Position numbers and translations under genes: made by a program. Below, in pieces: positions 1-9,118 of a DNA stretch of 64,000 nt (positions are counted from its first letter, which is position 1; each line of letters begins with the position of its first letter). The notes under the pieces were generated by a model, which saw nothing but the letters and a program-made list of their open reading frames with translations, was not told where the DNA came from and ran no database searches. The DNA is taken from the sequence record NC_042056.1; one strand, 5' to 3'.

Positions 1-855
1 AGTAAGGAAGATAATCACTACGAAGCCACAATGACCGCGAGCTTCGAATATGACCGCCCGGAAGAAGTCGGGTGTGTCTATCCGTACATCATCAATCAGA
101 CACCGTTACCGGATGCCTACTTCCCGCAAATCGATCCGCCGTGGATGGAAAACGAAGACAGTGTCGAACGCAGCGAAGTGCAGACATCCTTTGACGGTAC
201 ATGGTGGCAGAATGAGCGCCGTCAGTTGATTCGACTGCCTTACCTGTTGTGTCCACCAGAGCAACTCCACCGTATCCATTCGCCGTTAGAGGCAAAGCTT
301 CTGCGGATGTTTGGTACCGATGTGTGTTTCGGTGAGGAGAACATGTCGAACCCGGTGGTGATGTCAACCTCTGACTTGCCGTATGAGTGGAACCCGGTAC
401 TGCTGCCGTATATCGAGCACTGCCGCACGATTGACCCGACGGGGATGACGGGTGTGTTCCGTACCGAGCTGTTTGAAAACGGTTTACGTATCGAACCCCG
501 GTTGTACCACTGGCAGGATGATGAGTTCTCCTTAACCCGTGAGATGGATGTGCACAAAGCCTACTTCCTGACCGAGTCAGTGATTTACGACTGGCGGGGA
601 TTAGACCTGTGGCCGCTCCAGAAATACCCGAAGGCCGCAGAGCTGCTCATCAAGTGGTTGTTCCCGAATCTGGACTTCCCGGATTGGTGGTGGGACTTAC
701 CGACGCTCCCGCCGAGTGCGTGGGAAGAGATAGAAGACAAAACCACCCAAGACGAGACCGGTGCAGGCACCAACCGCAAGCATTTGCTGCTGACCGTCTT
801 TAACACCACCATCATTGCAATACGAGGTACTTCGAATGCTGCAAGCGAAGGGTAA
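1..855 (+). CDS. phiKZ-like virion structural protein, 5'-truncated by the window edge
   Basis: Frame is open from base 1 (SKEDNHYEATM...), so the gene starts upstream. It heads a run of tightly coupled virion-type genes. Confidence 0.55.
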   Translation, partial: SKEDNHYEATMTASFEYDRPEEVGCVYPYIINQTPLPDAYFPQIDPPWMENEDSVERSEVQTSFDGTWWQNERRQLIRLPYLLCPPEQLHRIHSPLEAKLLRMFGTDVCFGEENMSNPVVMSTSDLPYEWNPVLLPYIEHCRTIDPTGMTGVFRTELFENGLRIEPRLYHWQDDEFSLTREMDVHKAYFLTESVIYDWRGLDLWPLQKYPKAAELLIKWLFPNLDFPDWWWDLPTLPPSAWEEIEDKTTQDETGAGTNRKHLLLTVFNTTIIAIRGTSNAASEG

Positions 856-2167
856 GGGTAAAACCACATTCGAGCCGGTTAAGACGGAACCCGAATACCT
901 GAATCAGGCTCAAGACGGTGTCAAGGAAAAAACCAACATCGTCACAGAGCCTACCAGAACGACTGTAGTCGATTTAGAGCGCACGCCTGCCGTTAACCTG
1001 CTTCCTGTCGTTGAAGGCTCCTCGTGGCCGCTGCTGGCGTATTATCGCCGGTTAATGGGCAAGAACGACCCGAAGATGCTGTTCGACCCGAAACAGGACA
1101 CGCCGGTACAGCAATACGACTGCATCCACTATCTGGAGCTGCGGGTTAACAGTCCCTTGTCGCGTGACCAAGACGGGGGCAACAAAACCTTCACCATGTC
1201 GGGTAGTGCCACCATGGCCACGTCCGTGGTACCGAACGAAAACGACATCTTCACGGCTTCCCTCGGGGATAACCGGGTCGGTATCTTTAACGTCACCACT
1301 ACCACCCGTAATTCGAACAACAAGGTTGCCACTTATTCCATTGAGTACACCTTACTCTTTGAAATGACACCTGCCCACAAAGCGATTCTGGACAAGTGTA
1401 CGGCACATGAGTTCTATTACGTTAAGGAACGTGCGTATACCGGTGGTGACACGTTACTCACCCCGAACGAGTACAACGCCTACTTGGCACTCGGTGAGCA
1501 CGTCAACGGGATTGAGGAGACTTACCTGCGTCGTTTCTTTAACGAGGACGCGCAAACAATTCTCTTCCCGGATGATCGTTACGGGTATGCCTACGATGTG
1601 TTCTTGGCGCAGTTCGTCCGGGACATTGGCCTGCGTATGGTGGGTAAAGATGTGCGTATCTATCCGCACCCAACCAAACCGATTCGTGATATCGAAACGC
1701 TGTTCACGGTCATCATCGCCCAACAGCCCCTGTTCCTGCAAGATGTCAATCGCAAGAACAAAGGGTTGTCAGTGCGGTCGTTCCGTACCATGCAGACGTA
1801 CAACAACGTGGGTTGGTCGAAGATTGCAGTAACGCGCTACTTCTCTGACGATGCGCCGTTGCGTCAAATGCCTGCGGAATGGCCGAAGTTCGATGACTTT
1901 ACCAGCACAGATGTGTTGCTGGAAGGCTCGAACGAAACGGTGCCGGGCTTCCTGCCGTTAACGTACACGCCCTACCTGCTGACTGACGTGTTTTACAACG
2001 GCGGATACAGCTCCGGGCTGGAGTACGCACTACAGCAGTACCTGAACAAACAACCGCTTTCCACAAAGCTGGCGCTGGATTTGGCGAAGCAGGTTCACAA
2101 GCTGCCGAAGAACGCGCAACTGTATTACGTACCACTGGTGTACGTATTGTTGAAATACGCGAGGTAA
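836..2167 (+). CDS. phiKZ-like virion structural protein
   Basis: Long ORF (track 815..2167). ATG 836 follows SD GAGGT. C-terminus (YYVPLVYVLLKY) and position resemble conserved phiKZ-family virion genes. Confidence 0.55.
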   Translation: MLQAKGKGKTTFEPVKTEPEYLNQAQDGVKEKTNIVTEPTRTTVVDLERTPAVNLLPVVEGSSWPLLAYYRRLMGKNDPKMLFDPKQDTPVQQYDCIHYLELRVNSPLSRDQDGGNKTFTMSGSATMATSVVPNENDIFTASLGDNRVGIFNVTTTTRNSNNKVATYSIEYTLLFEMTPAHKAILDKCTAHEFYYVKERAYTGGDTLLTPNEYNAYLALGEHVNGIEETYLRRFFNEDAQTILFPDDRYGYAYDVFLAQFVRDIGLRMVGKDVRIYPHPTKPIRDIETLFTVIIAQQPLFLQDVNRKNKGLSVRSFRTMQTYNNVGWSKIAVTRYFSDDAPLRQMPAEWPKFDDFTSTDVLLEGSNETVPGFLPLTYTPYLLTDVFYNGGYSSGLEYALQQYLNKQPLSTKLALDLAKQVHKLPKNAQLYYVPLVYVLLKYAR

Positions 2168-2170
2168 GGC

Positions 2171-2713
2171 ATGAGCACGCAGAACAAGACTGCGGCATTC
2201 CACCTGTTCCATTCGTGGGTCGGGTGGCGTATCCCGGAGTATTCTACCCTGACCGCGTATGCGACGCAGGAGTATGGTTTGTTTCTTCCTGAGGACAAAC
2301 AGAAAGCCCGTGCTATCCTGTTGAACAAAAAGTTCGTGATGTACCGCCCCTTCGAGATTGCCCAGTATCTGGCAACCGGGGGTGCGTTGGACATTAACGA
2401 TCCGCAAGACGGGATTAAAGTGTACGGCTGGATAATGGAGCACTTGGCAAACTGGATTAAACACATCGAGACGCCACAGCTGATCCCACAACCTATCCCC
2501 ATCGTGGGGCTGCGTGAATTCAACGTGCTCGCCAACAAACTCTTCCCCGTGGCAAACCGTTATGGTTACTTCAAAAAGCCCGAAGCCACCATGGCGGATG
2601 CAGTTGCGTCGTTGTTCGGGGAAGTGAAGTTAACGCAGCAACAACACCGGTTTAACGATACGCTGATTAAACGCATCGAAGCCGGGTACCGTAAACGTGG
2701 AGGTAATCGGTAA
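2171..2713 (+). CDS. conserved jumbo-phage hypothetical/virion protein
   Basis: 180 aa ORF with SD GAGGT, coupled to both neighbours. Confidence 0.6.
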   Translation: MSTQNKTAAFHLFHSWVGWRIPEYSTLTAYATQEYGLFLPEDKQKARAILLNKKFVMYRPFEIAQYLATGGALDINDPQDGIKVYGWIMEHLANWIKHIETPQLIPQPIPIVGLREFNVLANKLFPVANRYGYFKKPEATMADAVASLFGEVKLTQQQHRFNDTLIKRIEAGYRKRGGNR

Positions 2714-4017
2714 TGGCCTATGGTCGCTTTCAACAGATTGTAAACTACCACATCGCGCAAGCGGCCGGATTGCCTCCCGTCGAGTACAACGCGGTGGTCA
2801 CCGTGAGAGGGATTCCCCTGACGGTGATTCGTGTGCACTCCCTGATACACTCCGGGAACTTCTTCGAAGACATCACGACCCTGACCCATTTGACGTTGGT
2901 GGTGCCGTTCTCGCAGATGCGTATCGCCACCGCAAATTCCGACGGGGACTTAAAGGTGCAGATTACCTTGCGTAGCGCCAACCGCTTACTCGCCACGTAC
3001 GCGTATCGCGGTATCGTGGTAAACAACCGTGACCCGGACATGGAAGCCCAAACCATGTTCTCCGGTCAGTCGGATGAGAAAGCGATTGCCTTCGTCACCT
3101 TCGAGCTGATGGATGAGTCCATCTGGTTCTTGCGTCTGCGTAACGTCAAGGTACGTCACCAAGAAACGGACGCCTTAACAGTCGCCCGTGCTATCTTGGC
3201 AGACACGCTGCCTGACTCGTCCAACGAAGGGGAAGTCTTGTCGCTTGCCTACGAGAAAGAAGAACAGCAACTTTACCGTAACATCATTCTGCCGGACAGC
3301 ACGACCTTTATGGAAGTGTTTGATCAGTTGCAAGAACGTTATGGTATCTACAGCAAAGGGTTGGGTGTCTACCAACATTTGCGACGCTGGTATCTGTATC
3401 AATTGTGGGACGAGGAGAAGTTCAACACCGCAACCGAGAAGGTGGTCATCTATAACCTTCCCCGCGAAAAGGCAGCCCAGATAGACAAGACCATCCACAT
3501 CACGCCGGGTGTTCTCTACCTGATTACCGGTGGGGACACCACTACCGTCGTGAAGACGGACGAGAACGCCCTGAATCAAGGGACGGGTTACCGTGTCGGT
3601 TCTATCCGTGCATTGGATAACCGTGCGTCTTCGTTTACACCGGGCGGTGTCAGTATGACCACACCAGACAAATTCGTTTCACAAGCTAACCCGGTGGACT
3701 ACGCCGGAAAGGTGACGAATGCGCCGGTGGCCAAACAAGGCTTTACCGACAACGACAAGCCGCTTCGTGCGAAGCTCGCCCGCTCAACCGGCACCTTTAT
3801 CAAGGTGACGTGGAACCGCGCTGCACATGGTCTCATTAAGCCGGGGATGGCGGTGAAGTATGTCTATGCCAATGAGTACGGCATTTACAGTCGCTACGGT
3901 ACCGTTGTAGGTGAGGTCTTCCAAGCCGGTCTGGACGGTGGGTCGATTGCTACAGCGAACCACAATACCCAATCAGAACTTACCCTCTGGTTAGGGAAAC
4001 AAAAAAATACAGCATAG
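2713..4017 (+). CDS. phiKZ-like virion structural protein (possibly baseplate-hub-like)
   Basis: 434 aa ORF with TAATG stop/start overlap. The hub assignment is only a guess from size and context. Confidence 0.5.
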   Translation: MAYGRFQQIVNYHIAQAAGLPPVEYNAVVTVRGIPLTVIRVHSLIHSGNFFEDITTLTHLTLVVPFSQMRIATANSDGDLKVQITLRSANRLLATYAYRGIVVNNRDPDMEAQTMFSGQSDEKAIAFVTFELMDESIWFLRLRNVKVRHQETDALTVARAILADTLPDSSNEGEVLSLAYEKEEQQLYRNIILPDSTTFMEVFDQLQERYGIYSKGLGVYQHLRRWYLYQLWDEEKFNTATEKVVIYNLPREKAAQIDKTIHITPGVLYLITGGDTTTVVKTDENALNQGTGYRVGSIRALDNRASSFTPGGVSMTTPDKFVSQANPVDYAGKVTNAPVAKQGFTDNDKPLRAKLARSTGTFIKVTWNRAAHGLIKPGMAVKYVYANEYGIYSRYGTVVGEVFQAGLDGGSIATANHNTQSELTLWLGKQKNTA

Positions 4018-4054
4018 TGCCGTTCTATGTTAACGTAACCATAAGGACTTTGTA

Positions 4055-4852
4055 ATGAACTCAGTTTACGCCCTCCGCCTACCTGGACAACTTATCCAGG
4101 AGATTGAAGCCCACGAACAGAAAAACTTTAGCCGCCCGTCGAACCTGTGGGATCGCATCGTTAAAGTTTTACCGCGTGACGGCGAAATCGCACTGTTGTA
4201 CGTCATGGCGTCCAGCCTTGATGCCAACGTGGCTATCATTTATACCCAAAATGGTGTGGAGCAATGTCGTCAGCTGCCGATTAGTGAAAAAGGCTCTCTG
4301 GGCCAACTGCTGTTCCTGCACTGCATGACCACCCTCCCGGTCTGGTCTGCGCTGCGTGGCCAGTACGATTTCGAATACATCTACTTCTACGGCCAGAAGC
4401 TGTCCAACGACATCATCGTTGGTGATCAGTCGACCTACCCGCGTTATGTTGAACGTATCACGCCGCAAGACACCGCTGATGCCGGTGACTACGAATTCAA
4501 CATGTTCCGCTTCCAGTTGGTCGGTGAATCCCGTGACCCGCAGAACACCGTGGCCCTTCGCGCTGCGATTCGTTGTGTGGCTCGCTCAACTACCCGTGAG
4601 CTGTCAACCAACATCAACGAAATCTTCCCGGTGCTGCAATACGGCCCGCTGATCACGTTCAACTCCTACGTGCCATTCCCGTGCCAGATTCTGACGCCGT
4701 ACGATAACGAGTGCACACTCGGTGCGGCGAAAGAATACGGTCTGCATGCGCAGGACGCTGTGATTGCCATCAGTGATGAACGTATTGTCATCAACGCACT
4801 GCAAGGTGTACAGGCCATGGACGTTCCGCCAATGACCGTGATGGGGCAATAA
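4055..4852 (+). CDS. hypothetical protein
   Basis: 265 aa ORF, SD AAGGA, highly expressed-type codon usage, followed by a terminator. Confidence 0.75.
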   Translation: MNSVYALRLPGQLIQEIEAHEQKNFSRPSNLWDRIVKVLPRDGEIALLYVMASSLDANVAIIYTQNGVEQCRQLPISEKGSLGQLLFLHCMTTLPVWSALRGQYDFEYIYFYGQKLSNDIIVGDQSTYPRYVERITPQDTADAGDYEFNMFRFQLVGESRDPQNTVALRAAIRCVARSTTRELSTNINEIFPVLQYGPLITFNSYVPFPCQILTPYDNECTLGAAKEYGLHAQDAVIAISDERIVINALQGVQAMDVPPMTVMGQ

Positions 4853-4862
4853 AGAATAAGAA

Positions 4863-4900
4863 GCTGACCTCCTTGTGAGGTCAGCACTTTCTATTTCTTT
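4863..4900 (+). terminator. intrinsic terminator
   Basis: GCTGACCTC-cttgt-GAGGTCAGC followed by a T-rich tract. Confidence 0.75.
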
Positions 4901-5018
4901 CTCTAAACAGAGAAACAACAGGACAACATCATTTATCGTTTATTGTAATAAAAACGCTCTACGTGCGTTACAGAGCGTTTAAATGCCATATCTGGCTCAC
5001 TCGTAGTAAAAATAATCT

Positions 5019-5043
5019 CAGATATATATTACCTAGGTGAGAG
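5019..5043 (+). promoter_or_regulatory. putative early (virion RNAP) promoter, copy 1
   Basis: CAGATATATATTACCTAGGTGAGAG. Contains the TATATTAC core described for phiKZ early promoters; the motif recurs 8 times in intergenic DNA. Confidence 0.7.
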
Positions 5044-5085
5044 TTGTACAATAATCCTTAACTAATTACATATCTGGAGATACCT

Positions 5086-5265
5086 ATGAATACTTTAGAA
5101 CGTATGGCTGCTGCACGTAAAGCTCGCATGTCCGAAAACAACCCACACGGTTATCAGTCAGAACAACTGCGCCACTCCGATGCAGTTCTGACTCGCAGCA
5201 TTAACGAAGGCAAGAAAGTTGACGATGTACTGGCCAGCGCCATGGACCGTCTGAACAAATTCTAA
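5086..5265 (+). CDS. small early hypothetical protein (59 aa; not in ORF track)
   Basis: SD GGAGA, then MNTLERMAAARKARMSEN...DRLNKF*. First gene after the promoter motif. Confidence 0.75.
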   Translation: MNTLERMAAARKARMSENNPHGYQSEQLRHSDAVLTRSINEGKKVDDVLASAMDRLNKF

Positions 5266-5301
5266 TTCTACCATCTCTAATCGACTATCGAGGACTACAT
5301 C

Positions 5302-5439
5302 ATGTTCAAACACAAACGCGCTATCCTGACCATCGTTGCAATCATGGCCTTCGGTTCACTGTACTTATCTGTTTCTACTGACTACGACACCTGCCGCGCT
5401 AACGGAAACTCCGTTAATCTGTGCACCGGTCGTGGTTAA
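5302..5439 (+). CDS. small membrane-anchored/secreted protein (45 aa; not in ORF track)
   Basis: SD GAGGA, then MFKHKRAILTIVAIMAFGSLYLSVSTDYDTCRANGNSVNLCTGRG*: basic N-terminus, hydrophobic helix, two Cys. Confidence 0.7.
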   Translation: MFKHKRAILTIVAIMAFGSLYLSVSTDYDTCRANGNSVNLCTGRG

Positions 5440-5445
5440 TCCAAT

Positions 5446-5474
5446 AGGTAGCCTTCGGGCTACCTTAATTTTTT
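5446..5474 (+). terminator. intrinsic terminator (cUUCGg)
   Basis: AGGTAGCC-TTCG-GGCTACCT plus T tract. Confidence 0.85.
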
Positions 5475-5495
5475 GTTTACACAAGGACTATCAAG

Positions 5496-6212
5496 ATGAC
5501 CCTGTTATTGAATCGCTTCGACCTGTCACCCCGTTACCCAACTTTACGTCATGACCCTAAACTGATTGCCGAAGTGGAAGACATTCGCTTGGCGGTATCC
5601 GAAGACCCGAACGGCGAAGACAAGATTTTCGTGGTCATTTATAAAGGTCAGGTTATCTCTGGCGTCTCTTTCAGTAAGCCCGGTTATCCGCGTGATGAAG
5701 ACAACCAACGTGAGCAACGTAACGCGGCATACACTGCGCTGAGTTATGCCTCATCCCACCTGATGGCAGTTACCCCCATCTTTGCAGAGCGTGCGGTGCT
5801 GGTAGGTCAGATGGTCGCGTTGTACACCCTGACTAACATGGACGAATTCTACAACGACGATCGTATTACGCAACGCCTGCAAGAAGACCCACGTAAAGCC
5901 CACAACGCCTCTGACTGCAAGCTCGATGCCTTAGCGCTGTTGTCTGAGCTGTATCACGTTTGCCCCACCTTTGACAATAACGGCATCGTTGCCCAGTACG
6001 AAAACGTCAAACTGAACGTACTGACCTTGTGGGGAATTGAAAAGATTCGCTACAAGCTGACCGCCAAAGGTGGCACGTACGAACTGACTGCATATGTCGA
6101 TGTCGGCTTCGAAGAAGACAGCCGCGACACGGTTGACAATTTTATGTCGCAGTTTGAGTTCCCGCTGCAATCCATCCCTGTTGACCAGAAAGAAGAAGGA
6201 GAAGACGAATAA
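5496..6212 (+). CDS. hypothetical protein
   Basis: 238 aa ORF, SD AAGGA, acidic C-terminus. Confidence 0.75.
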   Translation: MTLLLNRFDLSPRYPTLRHDPKLIAEVEDIRLAVSEDPNGEDKIFVVIYKGQVISGVSFSKPGYPRDEDNQREQRNAAYTALSYASSHLMAVTPIFAERAVLVGQMVALYTLTNMDEFYNDDRITQRLQEDPRKAHNASDCKLDALALLSELYHVCPTFDNNGIVAQYENVKLNVLTLWGIEKIRYKLTAKGGTYELTAYVDVGFEEDSRDTVDNFMSQFEFPLQSIPVDQKEEGEDE

Positions 6213-6604
6213 TGCGAAAGAGTCGTCTGTTACTGGCGTTAAAGTTTTTGTTTAAAGGTAACATTTTTAAGTGTCGTCACCGTATGGGACGTGTGAAGGA
6301 TTTCCTGTACGGCCCAAAGAAATACCACCTCACAGAGCCACGTTGCCTGTGGGATGAGACACTCGACCACAAGTTCCGTGTGGTACGCTACCGCAGGGTA
6401 TACTGCTGGTACGGAAGACTCTACTCACCATTTCGTCGGACTCACCACAAAGGTCTGGAGTTGGAAAACGGGGTCATCGTGCCCCATGAAACCATCGCAG
6501 ATTATCTGGCAGCCCTGAAAAAGGCTGATGTAGTGTTTCCGCAATTAGTTGCGAACCTGAGAAAGGCGACCGACGAGTTGTGTAATTCACGCATCGAAGC
6601 CTAG
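6212..6604 (+). CDS. hypothetical protein (basic)
   Basis: 130 aa ORF with TAATG overlap. Confidence 0.7.
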   Translation: MRKSRLLLALKFLFKGNIFKCRHRMGRVKDFLYGPKKYHLTEPRCLWDETLDHKFRVVRYRRVYCWYGRLYSPFRRTHHKGLELENGVIVPHETIADYLAALKKADVVFPQLVANLRKATDELCNSRIEA

Positions 6605-6608
6605 TTGT

Positions 6609-6648
6609 ACCCCCAATCTCTTCGGAGGTTGGGGTTCTTATTTATTTT
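6609..6648 (+). terminator. intrinsic terminator (cUUCGg)
   Basis: CCCCAATCTC-TTCG-GAGGTTGGGG plus T-rich tract. Confidence 0.8.
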
Positions 6649-6718
6649 CGCAAAGAAAATAAAAGTCGGTTACTCCCCACGCACGGGGAGTAACCTTAAT
6701 CACATTGGAGAGACCAAT

Positions 6719-6862
6719 ATGAATAACTTTGTCAATCACTTGCAGGCGCAGAAGAAACGCACTGAGCAATTCAACCAACGTGTGGCTGATGTACAACGTG
6801 CCCCAGCGCCCCGTACACGCCTTAAAGGCTTAGGGGGTGACATACTGTTTACTAAACGATAG
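6719..6862 (+). CDS. small hypothetical protein (47 aa)
   Basis: ATG 6719 follows SD GGAGA. The track start at 6605 runs through a terminator and is rejected. Confidence 0.65.
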   Translation: MNNFVNHLQAQKKRTEQFNQRVADVQRAPAPRTRLKGLGGDILFTKR

Positions 6863-6998
6863 TAGATAAGATAACTAACCTAGCCGGTGTAACAGCACCG
6901 GCTAGTAATCCCACCATAGTAAGACGCTTATTTTTTTTTGTCTCGGCAGGACACATAACTGCCCCTGCTGGAGACCGAAGTCTCCAGCTGAGTTAGGC

Positions 6999-8564
6999 TC
7001 AGAATAAATCGTCGCCCATGCCACCGGTAAAGTGGTTGATAGAGGATGCCGTCACGGTCATCTCTTTGTCGCAATCCCAAGGTAGGATGCCAACGTCTGC
7101 AAACGGTATAACAGTGTAATGATGTTTCTCATTGGTATCAATGATGGTACGGTGTTTACCACGTTGCACTTCTAAGAAGCTGTGACCGTTGACCACACGC
7201 TTGTTGAAGTACACCTCACCATCGGCTTCGTTATCCAGACTCGTACAGTTGTCGTACAAGCCACGACCGGGCAGGTTCTTACAGAAGCCAACCGGGTCTA
7301 CCGCTTTCAGACGTTTCCCTTCTGGAGAAATCTGATGCGGTGCTAACAGGAAACCGTGGTTACGCACGACCTGAATGTTTCGGGCCATACGGTAAATCTC
7401 TTTGATGTCACTGCCTGCAATCCCGTTACCGTGTCCCGCTTTGTTGATGGTGCCAAGGTAGTCGGCACGAATCCCAACAACGTGGAAGCCGTCACGTTTG
7501 TAGTCAGTGATAAGGTCGTTCAGGTAATGCACTTTGAAATCGGTGTTCGTGTGTTTCTCAAACGAGTATTCCCACCCGTTCGCACGAATCTTACCAATCA
7601 GGTAATCGGCCATTTGCTGAACATGAGCAGCACGTTCTTCATCGGTGGCCGTCTCAGGCAGGGTCATTACTGGTGCAGCACCTTCAAAGTGACCGTAGAT
7701 AGCCTGATAAGCGTAAGCGATGTTCACGTCCAGTTCGTTCTCAAGACTCAAGTCCAGAATCAGCGGAGCCAAGTTACCTTTTACATTCGCCATGACTTTT
7801 TCCGGTGTGTTAAACAACGGAACCGAAATAGCGGTCAAGAGACTAAACAGAGACTTACAGTTAAATGGTAGCGCAGGCATGAGCCACAATTCTTCGGTAA
7901 TCCCTTTGTTACACCCCATCATTTGATTGATGGCTTTCCAACCGGTCTTCAAACCGTTACCGGCAACCTTACGGTTAATGTCGCTGAACGTCTTCACAAA
8001 CGGTGCTCGGTCTGTGGTAATCAGCTTGTTCACCTGTGAAGGAATCTTATTATGAGAACGTTCACCGAACGTGGCCATCGATCCCGTCAGATCTTTCAGC
8101 GCTGTCTGGAGGTCAACGCGGGTTTCTGTTCCGTTCAACACGCCGAGTGTACGACCAAGGTACTGCTTTAACTGCACGCCTTGGATTGCCTGACGCAATT
8201 GGAAATAATATTGGGAGAGGGTTTTGTTCAGATAGTCGATACGTTCTTCTTCGGCTTCCGGCAATTCCTCAGCATCCATGAATTTCACAATCACATCGTA
8301 TAGAGGGCGTGTTTGCGTGGTTGCCAGTTTCAAGCGCTTCATGACATTGGTGTGGTTGTATTCCATACCACCGTCGATGACTGATGTTATAATGTCTTTG
8401 ATTTCAGCTAATGCCGAGCGCTCGTCACCTTCTTCGACGTAATCGGGGAGCTTGACCTCGTGGAGCACTTTTCTTATGACGTCATGATCTTTATCGGGCT
8501 CAGACAGAAGGCTCTCTGCGTATAAGGCGGCTAAGGCTGTTATCAACATCATTTTACTATTCAT
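6999..8564 (-). CDS. DnaB-like replicative helicase (phiKZ gp118-type)
   Basis: 521 aa. Degenerate Walker A (ALPFNCKS), Walker B-like (GIRADYL), HQISPEG and QRGKHR motifs typical of phiKZ-family SF4 helicases. Lies divergent upstream of the capsid gene, as in phiKZ relatives. Confidence 0.8.
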   Translation of the reverse strand: MNSKMMLITALAALYAESLLSEPDKDHDVIRKVLHEVKLPDYVEEGDERSALAEIKDIITSVIDGGMEYNHTNVMKRLKLATTQTRPLYDVIVKFMDAEELPEAEEERIDYLNKTLSQYYFQLRQAIQGVQLKQYLGRTLGVLNGTETRVDLQTALKDLTGSMATFGERSHNKIPSQVNKLITTDRAPFVKTFSDINRKVAGNGLKTGWKAINQMMGCNKGITEELWLMPALPFNCKSLFSLLTAISVPLFNTPEKVMANVKGNLAPLILDLSLENELDVNIAYAYQAIYGHFEGAAPVMTLPETATDEERAAHVQQMADYLIGKIRANGWEYSFEKHTNTDFKVHYLNDLITDYKRDGFHVVGIRADYLGTINKAGHGNGIAGSDIKEIYRMARNIQVVRNHGFLLAPHQISPEGKRLKAVDPVGFCKNLPGRGLYDNCTSLDNEADGEVYFNKRVVNGHSFLEVQRGKHRTIIDTNEKHHYTVIPFADVGILPWDCDKEMTVTASSINHFTGGMGDDLF

Positions 8565-8577
8565 GGAGCATCCTTCA

Positions 8578-9117
8578 ATGCGAATTCGTTTTAGCCCTGC
8601 ATGGGAAGTTCAACCTAACATAGATAAAGTAGCCAGCGTTAAAAAGTTGGAATTACTCCAACCGCTGTTCTTTAACTGGTTATATGACTGTGCTCCTGTT
8701 GCATTCAGTTCAAAGCTGTTGCCGGACTGCTCGCGTGAAACCATCTACAAATCGTTGATGGCACCTCCGCTGCTTCCAGTTAAATATTATGACCAAGTGT
8801 TTGACTTGGTTAGACAAGGTTCGAAAGAGTCCCTTTCCGATTTATATGGGGAAGCTTTCACCGAACAGTTACGCTGGGCTTTTGTCCAACGTAACGATGT
8901 TATAGTGGCGTCTCTAGTTGAAGCGAAGGCCGGACATCCGGGTTTCACCCTCAGCGACGAACGCGCCGCGAAAAAGACGTTCTGCGCAGAACTTTTTAAA
9001 TATGTGCGTACCAAGACTCGCGTCGTGGATGATTCATTCAGCACGTCTACGCAGTTTGCTGCTCATGAAGTGCTGACGCAACTCTACGCATGTCATTTAT
9101 CACACAAGGTAACTTGA
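8578..9117 (+). CDS. conserved hypothetical protein between helicase and capsid (phiKZ gp119-like position)
   Basis: ATG 8578 follows SD GGAG; stop lies 1 bp before the capsid ATG. Confidence 0.7.
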   Translation: MRIRFSPAWEVQPNIDKVASVKKLELLQPLFFNWLYDCAPVAFSSKLLPDCSRETIYKSLMAPPLLPVKYYDQVFDLVRQGSKESLSDLYGEAFTEQLRWAFVQRNDVIVASLVEAKAGHPGFTLSDERAAKKTFCAELFKYVRTKTRVVDDSFSTSTQFAAHEVLTQLYACHLSHKVT

Positions 9118-9118
9118 A

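Noticed and set aside
4853-5085. AT-rich gap with hairpin AAACGCTCT/AGAGCGTTT (4952..4980) as a replication origin
   Set aside because: No iterons are seen. The gap is adequately explained by a terminator plus early promoter, and GC-skew analysis would be needed.
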